DNA from: Cyanidioschyzon merolae
Lineage: Eukaryota
DNA length: 64,000 nucleotides
Direction: 5' to 3' (one strand)
Assembly: GCA_000091205.1 (NCBI GenBank)
Contig: AP006490.2
Position 1 is the first letter of the stretch, and the number at the start of each line of letters is the position of its first letter. The notes under the pieces were generated by a model, which saw only the letters and a program-made list of their open reading frames with translations, had not been told where the DNA came from and made no database searches. Below, piece by piece: positions 12,238 to 23,790 of the stretch. Made by a program: the position numbers and the translations under genes.

Positions 12238-12984
12238 TCACAGCTCTCCGTGTACATCATCGCTTTGAACTCCGTCTGGCGACAGTTCACCCGAGTCCAC
12301 GATGGTGACGAGTCGTTTCGGGGTTCCAGACGCCGATCCAACTGCCTCCAGCTGGGCAAGGACGCGTTCGCTCTCGGCACCTACGATCTTACCAAAGACA
12401 ACGTGGTGTCCATCGAGCCAAGGTGTCTCCTGGAACGTGATGAAAAACTGAGATGAACCCGTATGCGGACCCGCATTCGCCATCGAGACGTAGCCACGTC
12501 CTCGATGTCTCACGAGAAAGTTCTCGTCAGGTAACCGTGGTCGACCATCCGCACAGATACCTCCGGTACCGTCACCAGCAGTGATATCGCCCATCTGGAT
12601 CATAAACTTGGGAATAATGCGGTGACTGTGGCTTTGGCGGAAGCCAGTGCCCTTGCCCTTCCCATCCCCGACGCCTTGGTTGCGTGCGAGTCGCAGAAAG
12701 TTCTGCACAGTTCGCGGCGTCGTATCACCAAACAGACCTATTGTTACTCGACCTATACGCTCCGAATCAATCGCCATGTCCAGGTAAGCGTAGTGCGTGA
12801 TGCGTTCCCACTTGCTGCTCGGGTTACGCGGGCGTTCCGCACCTGCTCCAGCAGCGAGCACACAGCGCCCTGAAGGCAAGAAGCGCGTACAACAGACCAG
12901 TGCTACGAGCGTGCCTAGCAAGAACAGTTTGAAAAGTGAAGTGCCCGCTTTCATGGTCCGCTCAGCGTTTCTCTGAGTTTGCAA
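12238..12984 (-). CDS. Cyclophilin-type peptidyl-prolyl cis-trans isomerase, secretory/ER form (cyclophilin B-like)
   Basis: Cyclophilin core motifs are present: HRIIPKFMIQMGD, SMANAGPHTGSSQFFIT, WLDGHHVVFGKIV. The first ATG, at 12952-12954, gives MKAGTSLFKLFLLGTLVALVCC, which looks like a signal peptide. The C-terminus ends in HGEL, an H/KDEL-like ER-retention tail. Confidence 0.85.
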   Translation of the reverse strand: MQTQRNAERTMKAGTSLFKLFLLGTLVALVCCTRFLPSGRCVLAAGAGAERPRNPSSKWERITHYAYLDMAIDSERIGRVTIGLFGDTTPRTVQNFLRLARNQGVGDGKGKGTGFRQSHSHRIIPKFMIQMGDITAGDGTGGICADGRPRLPDENFLVRHRGRGYVSMANAGPHTGSSQFFITFQETPWLDGHHVVFGKIVGAESERVLAQLEAVGSASGTPKRLVTIVDSGELSPDGVQSDDVHGEL

Positions 12985-13275
12985 GCGATGCGCTCCGAGT
13001 GATAAGTCGGCAGCTCTGCAACCTCGCGTAACCAGGGTGTGCTTGACGATTTGTTGACGCTGCGTCTGGCCAGTGCGAACGAACGTCGTTTTCTCCAGTG
13101 GACGTCGGCTGCCGACTCAGAGGGTTCCTGCGATGAACCGCTGGAGTGCACAAGGTATGGTGTGTTGTACGTGTGATCGATAAGACGCACACGAGAAGAG
13201 TGAAGGCGACGGAACCGCGGTAACCGCACTGGCGCACAACGTTACCGCTCGCAGTCGGCAACGCGAACGTTAACT

Positions 13276-13410
<135 letters not shown>

Positions 13411-13655
13411 GGGGTTTTGTCGTGCGCTTCTACTGCTGTAGGAGTCGGAGCGAGTGCTCCGGATACGACGAACCCGCACCCGCTTTTCCGGGCGGTTTCT
13501 CGTTGCGTGTACCTTTGTTGCGCTTCAAAAGCCGTCCTAATGGTGTAGGCACTAGCGTCTCGTGCTGGTGGCTAGTTGAGGTCAATGCAGGCAAGCAGTC
13601 TGCAGGACGGAATCAGGCATAGAGTCCTGAACGATACAGGACTTTACAGTACTGT

Positions 13656-16640
13656 TTAGATGCGAAAGATCAAGTTTGAGCGGTACATGATAAGGCCCAT
13701 TGCTTCCAGTGCCTGGAGGGCGCGCTCCACCTGTTCTCTTTCGATGGTTGGATCTGCGAGCTGTTCAACGAGCTGATCGAATGAGGTGGACTCGCTCCGC
13801 TCCGCTGATGTAATGGCTTCAATAGCTTGCTGGACGCGCTCGAGCAGAGCGTCATCGACGAGCGGTACGGTCATAGCGTCCGCCTGTTGGTTGGGCGGGG
13901 TCACTCGCTCCCCGGTCACGCGCAGGGCAGCTAAGTTTTCGGTAACTGGTCTTGTCTCCGGGCCGCTGGATATGCCGCCTGCCTGCGGCGACAAAGTCGA
14001 ATGTGCTGCAATGTCACTCGCCTGGGGCGTTACACTGCTGCCGAGCGCTGCACCTGATCGAACGCGTCGGCGAATGCGCTGCTGCGACGCTCTCGACGAA
14101 CGTGACGCTGCTTGCCGCCGTCCAGGGCTGTAGGATGGCTCGTCGCTCGCGGATGCATTGGATGCGGCCTCGGACTCATCGCCATCATCACCGTCGCCAT
14201 TATTGTCATCGTCGTCATCGAAAGCGAACGGATCCAAACGGCGACTCGCTGGCGCGGTTCGACGTCGCGTACCAGAGCGTTGCGGCAATGGCGCTGCAGC
14301 CGATGCCGACACCGGACTCGTATTCGCGTCAGGTGAGCGCACGGGGGCAGCTCTGGCGACGTCGTGTTCGCGGTCGATTTGAGTCTCATGGTAAAGGGCG
14401 AAATTCAGCAGATCAAAAGCAGCACGCGCATCAGTGATGTCCACTGTCAGGCTGAGACGCAACTTGGCGTGCGCAGTTGCGAGGCGAATCATTGTCTCCA
14501 GCTGCCGAGCGGTAATGGGTAGCGTGCGAGCGTCATCTTTGGCTCGCAAGTCACGGTATCGCGACGCAATGTACGCCGCTGCCTCTTCAGTAAGCTGCGG
14601 ACTCAGCTCACGTGCGTAGTGGATGTATTTCTGTAAGAACGGCACGGAGAGGATGCGATGCGCGGCAGCACCCTGGATAGCTTCGTTGGCCTGGTGCGAT
14701 ACGAACAATGGTGCCGTCATGGGATCATCGCTTGCCCTAGCAGCACCAGCGGCAGCAGCAGCATCCGATTCGAAGCCCTGATCGTCTGTTGACTCCACGG
14801 TGGTCGCTTCCGCTGGGGGCGCGTTATTTTCAGGCGTCGCTCGCTCGTCGAGTGGCGTGTCCACGTCTGCGCCGGCGTATCCCGCCAGTTCCGCGCGACC
14901 TGCCCTGTCGGGGTTCCGATACTGATGGACGCGCAGCACATGCCTTGCAATGAGCTCGTCTCTTTCGCGGGAGATAGTGTCAAGAACGATGAACACCAAA
15001 TCGAAACGCGAGAGCAACGAATCGGGCAGGGCAATGTTTTCTGCGGGTTTGCGGCGTCGATCATAGGATCCGTAGATCGGATTCGCCGCGGCAAGTACGG
15101 AACAGCGAGCATTCAAAGTAGTATGGATGCCGGCCTTGGCGATCGTTACCGTCTGCTGCTCCATAACTTCATGGATTGCAACTCGGTCCGCATCGCTCAT
15201 CTTGTCGAACTCGTCGATGCAGACGACACCCCGATCAGCGAGTACCATTGCGCCGGCCTCGAGATGGCGCTCCCCCGTGTCTGGGTCTGTGGTGACGGCA
15301 GCGGTGAGACCGACCCCCGAGGAGCCCCGGCCGGTAGTGGATATGGCGGACGGGGCCACGTGAAGTACGAAGCGCAGCATTTGTGACTTGGCTGTGGACG
15401 GGTCTCCCACGAGCAGGATATTGATGTCGCCACGGAGGTGGGTGCCATTGCTGAGGTTCTTTTCAGCGCCCCCTACGAGCTGCAGTAGTACCGCTTTCTT
15501 AATGAAATAGTGGCCACAAATGGATGGAGCAATCGATGCAGTCAGCAACTCGATACCACCCGGCGTGGAGGCTACCTCACGAATGTTCGCAAGGTCGCGT
15601 TCAGAAAACTTGAGGCGATGCTGTGTGTCGCTCAACGGAATACAATGATTGGCCACGATCTTGGTCGCAAAGTACGTCGTCGTCTTGCCTCCCAGAGCGC
15701 GATATGTGCCGATAATACGGACGCGCATGCCGGGTTTGCAAACATCGACCAAATCTGCTTCAAAAACAATGTCAACGGTGCGCGGCAACTGGCCCGGTGG
15801 TGTACGTTCGGGCATCTCTTGCAGGGTCGCCGTCTGAAAGTCGCGGTATGCCGATAACCCGAATTCCGTTTCCATGGGGTTGCCGTCTTCGTCACGGGTG
15901 GGATAGATGGCTGCCCCGAGCCCTCGGTTCTGGGCGACATCCAGCGAGATACCATCGCGGTAGACGCGGTGAACTATTTCGTTCTTCGCGGGGATGAAGT
16001 GCACAGACTCTACGACTTTGGGTCGAACAGCAGACACGCGAGTAATTATACCGTCAACGCATACCATCGAGTTCAGCATCGAGGCACGCAGTGAGCGCGG
16101 CGTCGCGTGCAGCGCCCCGAAAGCACCCTCGAACCCAACATGGAGGCGCTGACGTTCCCGCCCAGCAGCACCAGCAGCCGCGAGTGCTGTATTCCACTGC
16201 GCGATATAGTCTGTAAGGACTTCCTCAAATATTGGTAGAAATCGTAGCGGATTTTCAAACAGAAGCTTTGCTATTGTGGGTTCCTCGCGACGTAGGAGGT
16301 CCAGTGAGACGATAAGGCGTCGCTGACGTCCCCGTCGCAGCGCCTCAAGTTGTTGCTGTAGAGGTTCCCACACAGGAGCCTCTGACTCGAACAAGTCCCT
16401 GATCTTGGAACGAAAGTCTTGATCCTGATCAGGGGCAGTAAACAGTGATTGAAAAGCCGTCTCCATGGTACCTAAACGCGAAGCAGCAGCGAAAAGCGCA
16501 CGCTGTTGTTCAGTGGGTCGATGCGCACGCAGCCTGCGTGCACGCATGGGTGCATCGCAGCGATTTCCCGCGCTCGCGCGTCCACGGGTACCTGCTTGCA
16601 TTCCGCGCGAAAATCGCATCGTGCCTTTCGATTTTGCCAC
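13656..16640 (-). CDS. MCM3: DNA replication licensing factor MCM3
   Basis: Walker A (GDPSTAKSQ), the MCM box IDEFDKM, an arginine finger region (SVLAAANP...SRFDL) and an MCM3-type N-terminus are present. Identity to human MCM3 is extensive. The first ATG (METAFQSLF) is at 16464-16466, and it aligns with the human N-terminus; the upstream part of the ORF starts on a non-ATG codon. Confidence 0.9.
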   Translation of the reverse strand: MAKSKGTMRFSRGMQAGTRGRASAGNRCDAPMRARRLRAHRPTEQQRALFAAASRLGTMETAFQSLFTAPDQDQDFRSKIRDLFESEAPVWEPLQQQLEALRRGRQRRLIVSLDLLRREEPTIAKLLFENPLRFLPIFEEVLTDYIAQWNTALAAAGAAGRERQRLHVGFEGAFGALHATPRSLRASMLNSMVCVDGIITRVSAVRPKVVESVHFIPAKNEIVHRVYRDGISLDVAQNRGLGAAIYPTRDEDGNPMETEFGLSAYRDFQTATLQEMPERTPPGQLPRTVDIVFEADLVDVCKPGMRVRIIGTYRALGGKTTTYFATKIVANHCIPLSDTQHRLKFSERDLANIREVASTPGGIELLTASIAPSICGHYFIKKAVLLQLVGGAEKNLSNGTHLRGDINILLVGDPSTAKSQMLRFVLHVAPSAISTTGRGSSGVGLTAAVTTDPDTGERHLEAGAMVLADRGVVCIDEFDKMSDADRVAIHEVMEQQTVTIAKAGIHTTLNARCSVLAAANPIYGSYDRRRKPAENIALPDSLLSRFDLVFIVLDTISRERDELIARHVLRVHQYRNPDRAGRAELAGYAGADVDTPLDERATPENNAPPAEATTVESTDDQGFESDAAAAAGAARASDDPMTAPLFVSHQANEAIQGAAAHRILSVPFLQKYIHYARELSPQLTEEAAAYIASRYRDLRAKDDARTLPITARQLETMIRLATAHAKLRLSLTVDITDARAAFDLLNFALYHETQIDREHDVARAAPVRSPDANTSPVSASAAAPLPQRSGTRRRTAPASRRLDPFAFDDDDDNNGDGDDGDESEAASNASASDEPSYSPGRRQAASRSSRASQQRIRRRVRSGAALGSSVTPQASDIAAHSTLSPQAGGISSGPETRPVTENLAALRVTGERVTPPNQQADAMTVPLVDDALLERVQQAIEAITSAERSESTSFDQLVEQLADPTIEREQVERALQALEAMGLIMYRSNLIFRI

Positions 16641-18039
16641 AGGTGCGATTTCCCTTCGTTCGACAGAGCGTTGACACTGGATCAGGCCTCTCCGATAGCG
16701 TGCTTGCTATCAGCGATCAAGCGCGAATGGAGCGATGCGCTGCCTGTTCGGGCGCTGACGAGTCATGCGCTTGTCGCGGGCGTCTCCAAGCTTCGTTCAC
16801 GGATCCGTCACAGATGGTGTCTTAGGGCAGCGCGTAGCTGCCTCTAGAACGCTGTCCTCGACGTGTGCACTCCTGGAATGTGCGTATAACCACAACTCGA
16901 GCAGCGCGACGGGCGCATCCTGCTTGGATCTTGTTTAGACCCGCAGGGTCAGGCATCCGCACGGAACGATCGAGCATCCTGCAGATACGTTCCATCGATG
17001 CCATGCGCAGCTGCACACGACTTCTCTTCATTGACAAAACGTTTCCATAGGCCAGCGTTCTCCGATTATGCGCATTTTTCTTTTCTTTCTCTTTTGTTTT
17101 TTTTTTCAGTGCGAGGTGGAGTATCCATCAAACCCCCGATTTCCATGTTACATTACCTATATATCATCTCGGATATTTTGGTCGTTTCGTACGTCCTATG
17201 GTGTGCCGCACCCGCCGAAAGCGACAACAATGGCGCCTATAGCGCCGGTGCGGTCGCCGTATGGAGACAGAACGGCGTTAGCAGCACACGATGCGGGCGT
17301 GCAGGCGATGCGCTCGCGGTGACATGCACGATCATCGGGACGCCTTTACACACCGGTGTGCTTTGATTTGCTCTCCTCCAGTCGTGCACATCTGTGTACA
17401 TAGAGCGGCTGCTGCCTCGGGAAAAACGCCCATATAGGGTCTAACATGAGCGTTTGTGGTGTGGGATGCGAGCGTTCGCTCGGGGAGCGCGTGCGTCGCG
17501 TCACCCGATGTGGTAGATGCATACGCTGCGAGCACGACACCTGAACAACTCTGCCAGCGGTGCGCTTTACGCATCACAAAGTCACTTTAACCATTGCGGT
17601 CTCAGTGAATGGGCCCTAAAAGCATAACAGAGTCTTGGTTGGTGCGTCGGAAGCACGCTTTCCAGGTATTGTCACATGCGTAAAGATCAAAGAATGGGGC
17701 ACTGAACCGCTCACCCTCTTCCTGTCTCTCTCCTTTCTTCGGACTTTTCGTAGATGTACCTACTCGACATGACAAGTGTATCAGCAAGGACTTTTGGATG
17801 CATACGTTCTGTTCCGAGCTTCGGTCGTCGATTTGGATCGTCCGCTGCCACGTACGGCTCCTGGAGTTTGTCACATTATCGGGATCGAGATGATACGCGA
17901 CGCCGTCGTACAACGGTTCGTAAAATAACCGATATCATTACATAATGCAGACGTACAAGGCTTCGTGCTTCTCCTTTCGTTACGTGATGCACGCTCAAAT
18001 CATGTACGCATCAAGCTTTCGATCTTTCTCTTTGAAGGC

Positions 18040-18460
18040 ACGCTGTGGGGACACAACTTCTCGCTGGTGGATTGACGAGTGGAAAGACTCAACGTGTTTC
18101 CGTGGCGACTTGTTCAGAAGCTCGTGCCGCACTTTTACTCGAACTGTCAAGCCAGATCATCGATTCCGTTCGAAAGACGAGTCCTCCACTCTGTGTGGCC
18201 ATCCGCCACACTGGACTCGACACTAGCATCATACCCCCAGGGGAAAGATTCACATATGCCCTCACCTTCTCTTTTTGGATAGAAGACCGTGTTGCGTTCG
18301 AGATTCATTCACCGCAGCGATCGCTTTCATCGGAAAGGTCGTCATCGGTTTGCACGAGTGAAACAGATATACACTGGAATTTCTCGACTTGTTCTGCAGC
18401 GAAGTCCTTGGGCGGAGAAATCTGCATGGTATCCCTGAGCCATGGCACCGCTCACCACCA
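18040..18460 (+). repeat. Diverged dispersed repeat 'R1', copy B
   Basis: See copy A. The blocks gcgacttgttcagaagctcgtgccgcac and cagatcatcgattccgttcgaaagacgagtcc are shared with the reverse complement of 1150-1340. Confidence 0.45.
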
Positions 18461-19407
18461 CCGGCACCTCAAGGCTTCGATGACGCGCAGGCGAATGTGC
18501 CACGACTCGGCCAACATCCTGGAAGGCCGGAAAGAGTTCTTCATGGGCGGCGCTTCGTCGAAGCCTATGGGCTTGGATGATAGCCTTATGGCAATTAGGC
18601 TCCATCAAATACTACGCAAAGTTCCAGATGCAGATATGAGAATGGAGCTGCTTCCGCTTCTACGTTCCCCGCTTACGAAAGCGAGGACCCTGTCGCATCT
18701 GGAATGCTGTTCCAGAGCCCCGAACGGAAGCGTGTTTCCCCATTTCCTAATGCTCTTTTCGGTCGCTCGTAACAGCACGTCTTTATGGGGATGTTCTCGC
18801 TTCCTTATGGAGCTGGACGCCCGCGCACAAGCGCCGCAGCTGCGTCCCATGGAGAATCAGGGCATCGACGAACCAGAAAGGCTGATCACAGTTATGGACT
18901 TCACGAAGTGGTCGATGCATCTTTCGCCAGAACATGCAAAATTACTCATGAACCATAGGTTGAACAAAAAAGGATAAAGCGGTCCAAGGAAGATGCCGAG
19001 CTGAAGAAAACATGCAGGAAAGTGTGGCTCTCTTGACGACGAGGATACGCATTGCTCTCCCAGAGAACGAGACACCAGAGGTAGAGGAAACGGAATCAAA
19101 CTGAGCAAAAGGCCGCAAAAGCTGTTGTTCATAACAGCGGCAAGGAACCCAAACGTTACACTGCACGATCAAGTTAGAGGATCCGTCCCATGTACCTGTA
19201 ACCAGTGTCCAGAATATACATCTACGATATCCACGCGTACTGACAAGAACGCAGTGCATACCGGGCCCCGGTTCCGATCAAGCCAAGTGGCCAGCGCTTC
19301 CCCCGGCATCGCGTTCATCATCGACCGGAATCTTTCGTTTTCTTCGCCAAGGTTCAGCGCTGGGCTTCGTCTCTCTTTCGAGAACGTCGACACTGGTCTG
19401 CCGAGTC

Positions 19408-20160
19408 ATGGAAGCACAAGTCAGACTCTTACAGCTGAAAGAGCAGCGCTTGCGTCTGTATCGAGTTTTCGCGACGGAGCCTTATGCAGAGAGCGTTCGA
19501 AAACGCTCGGCTGCCCGTGTGTGGCAAGATCCCGGTTTGCAACTTCGGCTCGCTCGGAGCGTCGCCCAAGGGTGGCTCGCCGCTCCAGACTGCAGTTGTG
19601 AGCGTTGTATGGCTATTTTTGAAAACGAACAAGATGCAAAGCAGCGACTTGCCCGTCAAGGTAGCACGGCCCTGGACAGACTAGACGTCCGACGCGTACG
19701 CAAGGCACTTGTTCACGAGCTCGCCTATTGCCCGTTGCTTGCGAACTCGTGGCGTCGTGAAGGAGCGCCTACCTGGAGCCTCGAGCAGCGCGAAACGCTT
19801 TGTCGAGGACCTGACAAGCGCGCGCGCGAGTCCGCCAGTACGAGGCGGAACGAGAGCACGAGCGCGGGGGACACGAGATCACCCAGTTTGTCTGGAAGCG
19901 AAAGCACGACGTCGATGGCCGTGGATGCAGAGATCGAGGACGGAGGCCAAGAGCAATTTCCTGGGAGAGAACCTCCATGGGCAGTGCAGCTCATGGAGCT
20001 CCAGCAGGTATGGGAGGTGGCGACGACGCCGGTGCCGCTGCACGAAGCTTTCGCCGCGGCTACTCCATCCCGCGACACCCTCCACGTGCCTGATTCCGAT
20101 GCCGATGACTCTGAGGATCACCAAAATCCTGTCAACCAGGATGAATCTCCGAGCCGATAG
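19408..20160 (+). CDS. Hypothetical protein, 250 aa, with no recognised domain
   Basis: ATG-initiated ORF with an acidic, Ser-rich C-terminus. Codon usage resembles the neighbouring genes. Confidence 0.3.
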   Translation: MEAQVRLLQLKEQRLRLYRVFATEPYAESVRKRSAARVWQDPGLQLRLARSVAQGWLAAPDCSCERCMAIFENEQDAKQRLARQGSTALDRLDVRRVRKALVHELAYCPLLANSWRREGAPTWSLEQRETLCRGPDKRARESASTRRNESTSAGDTRSPSLSGSESTTSMAVDAEIEDGGQEQFPGREPPWAVQLMELQQVWEVATTPVPLHEAFAAATPSRDTLHVPDSDADDSEDHQNPVNQDESPSR

Positions 20161-20721
20161 CCCTCACGCGGGCGCGTAATCGCGAAAGACACAACGTCGG
20201 CGACTAGATAAAGATGTGCACGACGATGTTCTGCGTACAGTGTTGCTCAGGTGACGTTCTGCGTTGCACGAGCACCACCTCGAAAGCGGCAGCTTCCATT
20301 CGCGAGAATATCGATGAAGCCGATGCGGGATGCATTTCTGCGGCTCCCTCTGACGAGTCCCAGGATCTGTTGGACTCTTTGCACAGCCCGTAACTCATTG
20401 CGTAAAACATCCTTGAGTGCCGAAGACGTTCTTCACGATGTGTTTGCGCTCCTCGCACAAGGACGCTACAACTGGTTCCTCTCTGCCAGATGATCTGCAT
20501 GAGGCATGCCGAGCGATGTTCATAGCGTCTGTGTCAGACTGCTCAGATCCAGACCGGGCGTTTCTTGCCATCGCTGCATCCTTCTCGTTGACGAATGGGA
20601 TACGTTATCTGAGCAGCGCGATCTTCCATGGTAATCGGGACACCTCCGTGAACGGTGCTTTCTCTGCAAGCGTTGATTACGGTCAAACTTTATTTTTATG
20701 CATAACGAATCTGTTGCTCAC

Positions 20722-20973
20722 CTAGTCTGGAGAAAAATTATCTATGGGATCCGCGTACGCATTCCAGCAGGCAGCATCTGGGGTCCCCGCTCCCGAAGCA
20801 GGCACCAGTTCGGTCACAAAACTTGGTATAGCGGCGTCGTGCTTTCTGACGGCTTCGCGCCTCTCAGAAACCTGTCCCGACGATGCCTTCGCCCAAGCGG
20901 TTTCCGCAGCGCGTCCATGCCGAAGAAGCGCTCCAGCGTTCTCAGCGTTCATGTCGCTGGTTGGGGTCCTGAT

Positions 20974-21007
<34 letters not shown>

Positions 21008-22965
21008 CGAGCATCCCAGCTATGGCCCAAGCGATCGCAGCTGCCACTGCCACTGCTGGTGTTGTTGCTGTTGTTCCGGAATAGCTGCTGGTGCCCTGTT
21101 GCCGATGACGTACCATGCTCGAGGCACACAAGCCGTCTTTGACGATTCAGATTGAACCTGTTGCGATTCCTGTCATCACTGGACAAGGATACGCTTTCAT
21201 GAAGATCCGGCAATCGGGCTCCCGCGCCGAGCTCACCATCAGCATCAGAATCAGAGTCGCTGCACAGGCTGGATGCATTCGTCTCAGACCAGCTGGTATC
21301 GGATTCGAAAGAAGCGCTGTCGAAGGTACTCGAGCAAGCGCCTTCTGCGCTCGAGTCTGTCATCTGTGCAAATGCGGCATCAAACAGCTCATCTTCGTTG
21401 TATGTAGGACGCTGTCGCCTTCCTGTCCGGGCGCTACGATGCGGCATCTCTGTCGCCGACGTCGTTATCGCTGCCTCCTGGTCCAAGCACGACTCCCGGG
21501 CAGCCTGTTTCGAGATGCGCACTTCTCGTCGCACCGCAGCCAAATAGCCATGCTCGAGCTCAGCAATGACCGAATCCTGGATGCAACTCCACAACCGGCG
21601 ATTGCGAGAGGACATGGCATCGCCACCGAGCTCCTGGAAGAGACGCTCCATGGCCTGCACTCTGTCTGCATAATCCCGAACAACGACCTCTATCTGAGGA
21701 GGTACGCTGCATTGTGCTGCGGCGCCGCCGTCCAGACGCTCCCCGGTCAGAGAAGCGCTACCATTCGAATGTGCCTCAGAGACACCGCCGCCATAACGGA
21801 GGCGATATATTCGGAAGCAGCCGCACGCCGCAGCCGCTCTCAGGCCTCCGGGAACCCAGTAGCGCCAACCGTAATCGTCTTCACCAAAAGCATCAATCCG
21901 AGTGGCACCATCCCCACGTCGATACACCTGGTCACAGGAAGGCGCTTTCACTGACTTGGAATCGTCCATCGCTGCTTCCCAATCGCTCACAGAGGGTTTT
22001 CTGGTGGAATCGAACCCAGTTCGTAATGCTTTCGCTTTCGAGATGCAGCCATCCGTTCGTGAGCGGCCTGCCGCTGCGGTAGTTGATCGACGAGTGTGAA
22101 ACGGCGCTTGTCGCTGCTCCTGTTGTTTTCGGGCTCGTCGATGTCGCCTTGTGGGCTGTCCAAGGCGCTGGCTGCATTCCTGCTCCTGTTTCGCCATTTC
22201 CCAGATCACGCGGCGCAGACTCTCGTTCGTTTCCGAGACAACCTCACATAGCGCTAAGAGAATGACCACACGCATCCGCGGGTGGAGCATTTCATACCGA
22301 CATCGATCGAGGATGGACGCTCCGTCCTGATCATAAAGGCTGCAACCCGGGTCGCTGCCAGCAGCTGGCCCGCTCAGGTCGTAGAGTTCAGGCCGCGTAC
22401 GTAGTTCCGCTGCGAGCAATTCTATCCACCCGTCTTTCCCGTAGGCATGTATTGCGTCGACCTTGCGCACATGCAGGCAGTTGAGCAACCCGGCATGTAC
22501 GCGCGAGAGCAGTAGCTCTTGGCTTGTTCCTTCCTGGTGCGAGGTCGCAGTCGACGACTGAGCAGTTGTGCTTGCGTGAGCGTCATCAGCTGGGGGTCGT
22601 TCGCGCAAGCCGTGAACGATGTCCGCTTCCAAGCGCCCCGGATCGATCTGGGGCACAAGCGCATCTGTGGGCTTTTTCGGTCGTCCTGCTCGAAAGTACG
22701 TCCGGATTTCCTCATTGATGAAGCCTTGAAGAGCAACGAGAAACTGCAGCACGCTCACGAACTCCGGCATACAGCGTACCTGCGCCACAGCCTTTTCCTT
22801 ATCCTCGTGATCGGCGAGAATTCTATTATCCGAGGTGTAGTCATATACGACACCGTTCACACAGTCCACAGAGGAACACGCGACAGCTTCTGGTGCAGCA
22901 CAGTGCCCGTTCATGAGATCGCACCGGCCGTCTGTGGCTGTGGAGCCGGTACCGCACCACCACAC
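20722..22965 (-). CDS. DDT/WHIM (WSD)-domain chromatin protein, probably an ISWI-accessory-like factor, with an internal poly-Asp tract
   Basis: A DDT-like block (PEFVSVLQFLVALQGFINEE) and a WSD/WHIM2 motif (FGEDDYGWRYWV...RIYRL) are present. The first ATG (MNGHC) is at 22912-22914. Confidence 0.55.
20974..21006. repeat. (ATC)11 / (GAT)11 microsatellite encoding DDDDDDDDDDDD in the DDT/WSD protein
   Basis: The sequence is pure atc triplets, read as GAT on the coding strand. Confidence 0.9.
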
Positions 22966-23458
22966 TGCAGTCGGTTCAACGTCCAGCTCTTTCGGAAAGC
23001 TAGGCCCCGCTAAAGCAAGCCTGAAGCGTCACCGGAGGCACTGCGTCCTTGCGCACACCCTCTACCTCTGTTTTCAAGCTGCCTGTGCAGGCACAACTCG
23101 GAACGAGTCTCCGTTCGCGCCAAAGCGTCCTCCTGTAGCCACCTGCAATGATTGTGAGGCGCGCGTGTGTGCCAACCGGAGCGCTGGGCAGAAGCATATG
23201 CGCTCGACGTCACTGGCGCTATCCTCGATGATGCATTGCCTGGTTCAGTAGCCGTCCTAGTCTGATGCTGTCGCAGTCCCAACTGGACCAATTGAGCACC
23301 ATGCAAGGCGGGGAGGCTGGTCCGTTTGCCAGCGTAACTCGGCGCTGGTCGTTGGCACTCGTTTATCTGGACGCCTAGCTGGCAGGCACGGGTAGGGTAC
23401 TCGAGTGCCGAGTATCCATGCGATGCATTTCCACGGGGCAGTGCAACTCGCATATATA

Positions 23459-23790
23459 TGTTTGGCAATGCCGAATGACAGAATCTGATTATTGTATACG
23501 AGGTGTGCATGAGCATCGTTTTCATATTTGGCAATGCCGAATGACAGAATCTGATTATTGTTCACGAGGTGTCCATGAGCATCGTTTTCATATTTGGCAA
23601 TGCCGAATGACAGAATCTGATTATTGTTCACCAGGTGTGCATGAGCATCGTTTTCATATTTGGCAATGCCGAATGACAGAATCTGATTATTGTTCACGAG
23701 GTGTGCATGAGCATCGTTTTCATATTTGGCAATGCCGAATGACAGAATCTGATTATTGTTCACCAGTTATCCTTGAGAATCGTTTTCGGT
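23459..23790. repeat. 66-bp minisatellite, about 5 tandem units
   Basis: The unit tttggcaatgccgaatgacagaatctgattattgttcacgaggtgtgcatgagcatcgttttcata repeats with a 66-bp period (unit starts 23461, 23527, 23593, 23659, 23725) and a few point variants. The overlapping ORFs on both strands derive from the repeat. Confidence 0.9.

Noticed and set aside
13656-16640. 174-nt N-terminal extension of the MCM3 ORF (MAKSKGTMRFSRG...)
   Set aside because: Homology to MCM3 starts exactly at METAFQSLF, whose ATG is at 16464-16466. The upstream in-frame codons are an artefact of the ORF caller allowing non-ATG starts.
18045-18977. 310-aa plus-strand ORF
   Set aside because: It overlaps the R1 dispersed-repeat copy and has no domain similarity. 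It is likely a transposon-derived or chance ORF rather than a host gene.
22008-22019. ggaatcgaaccc, the reverse complement of the canonical tRNA T-arm GGGTTCGATTCC, suggesting a minus-strand tRNA gene
   Set aside because: It lies inside the confidently coding DDT/WSD ORF. The putative T-stem (ctggg/ccacc) does not pair, and no acceptor or anticodon arms could be folded, so it is a chance match.
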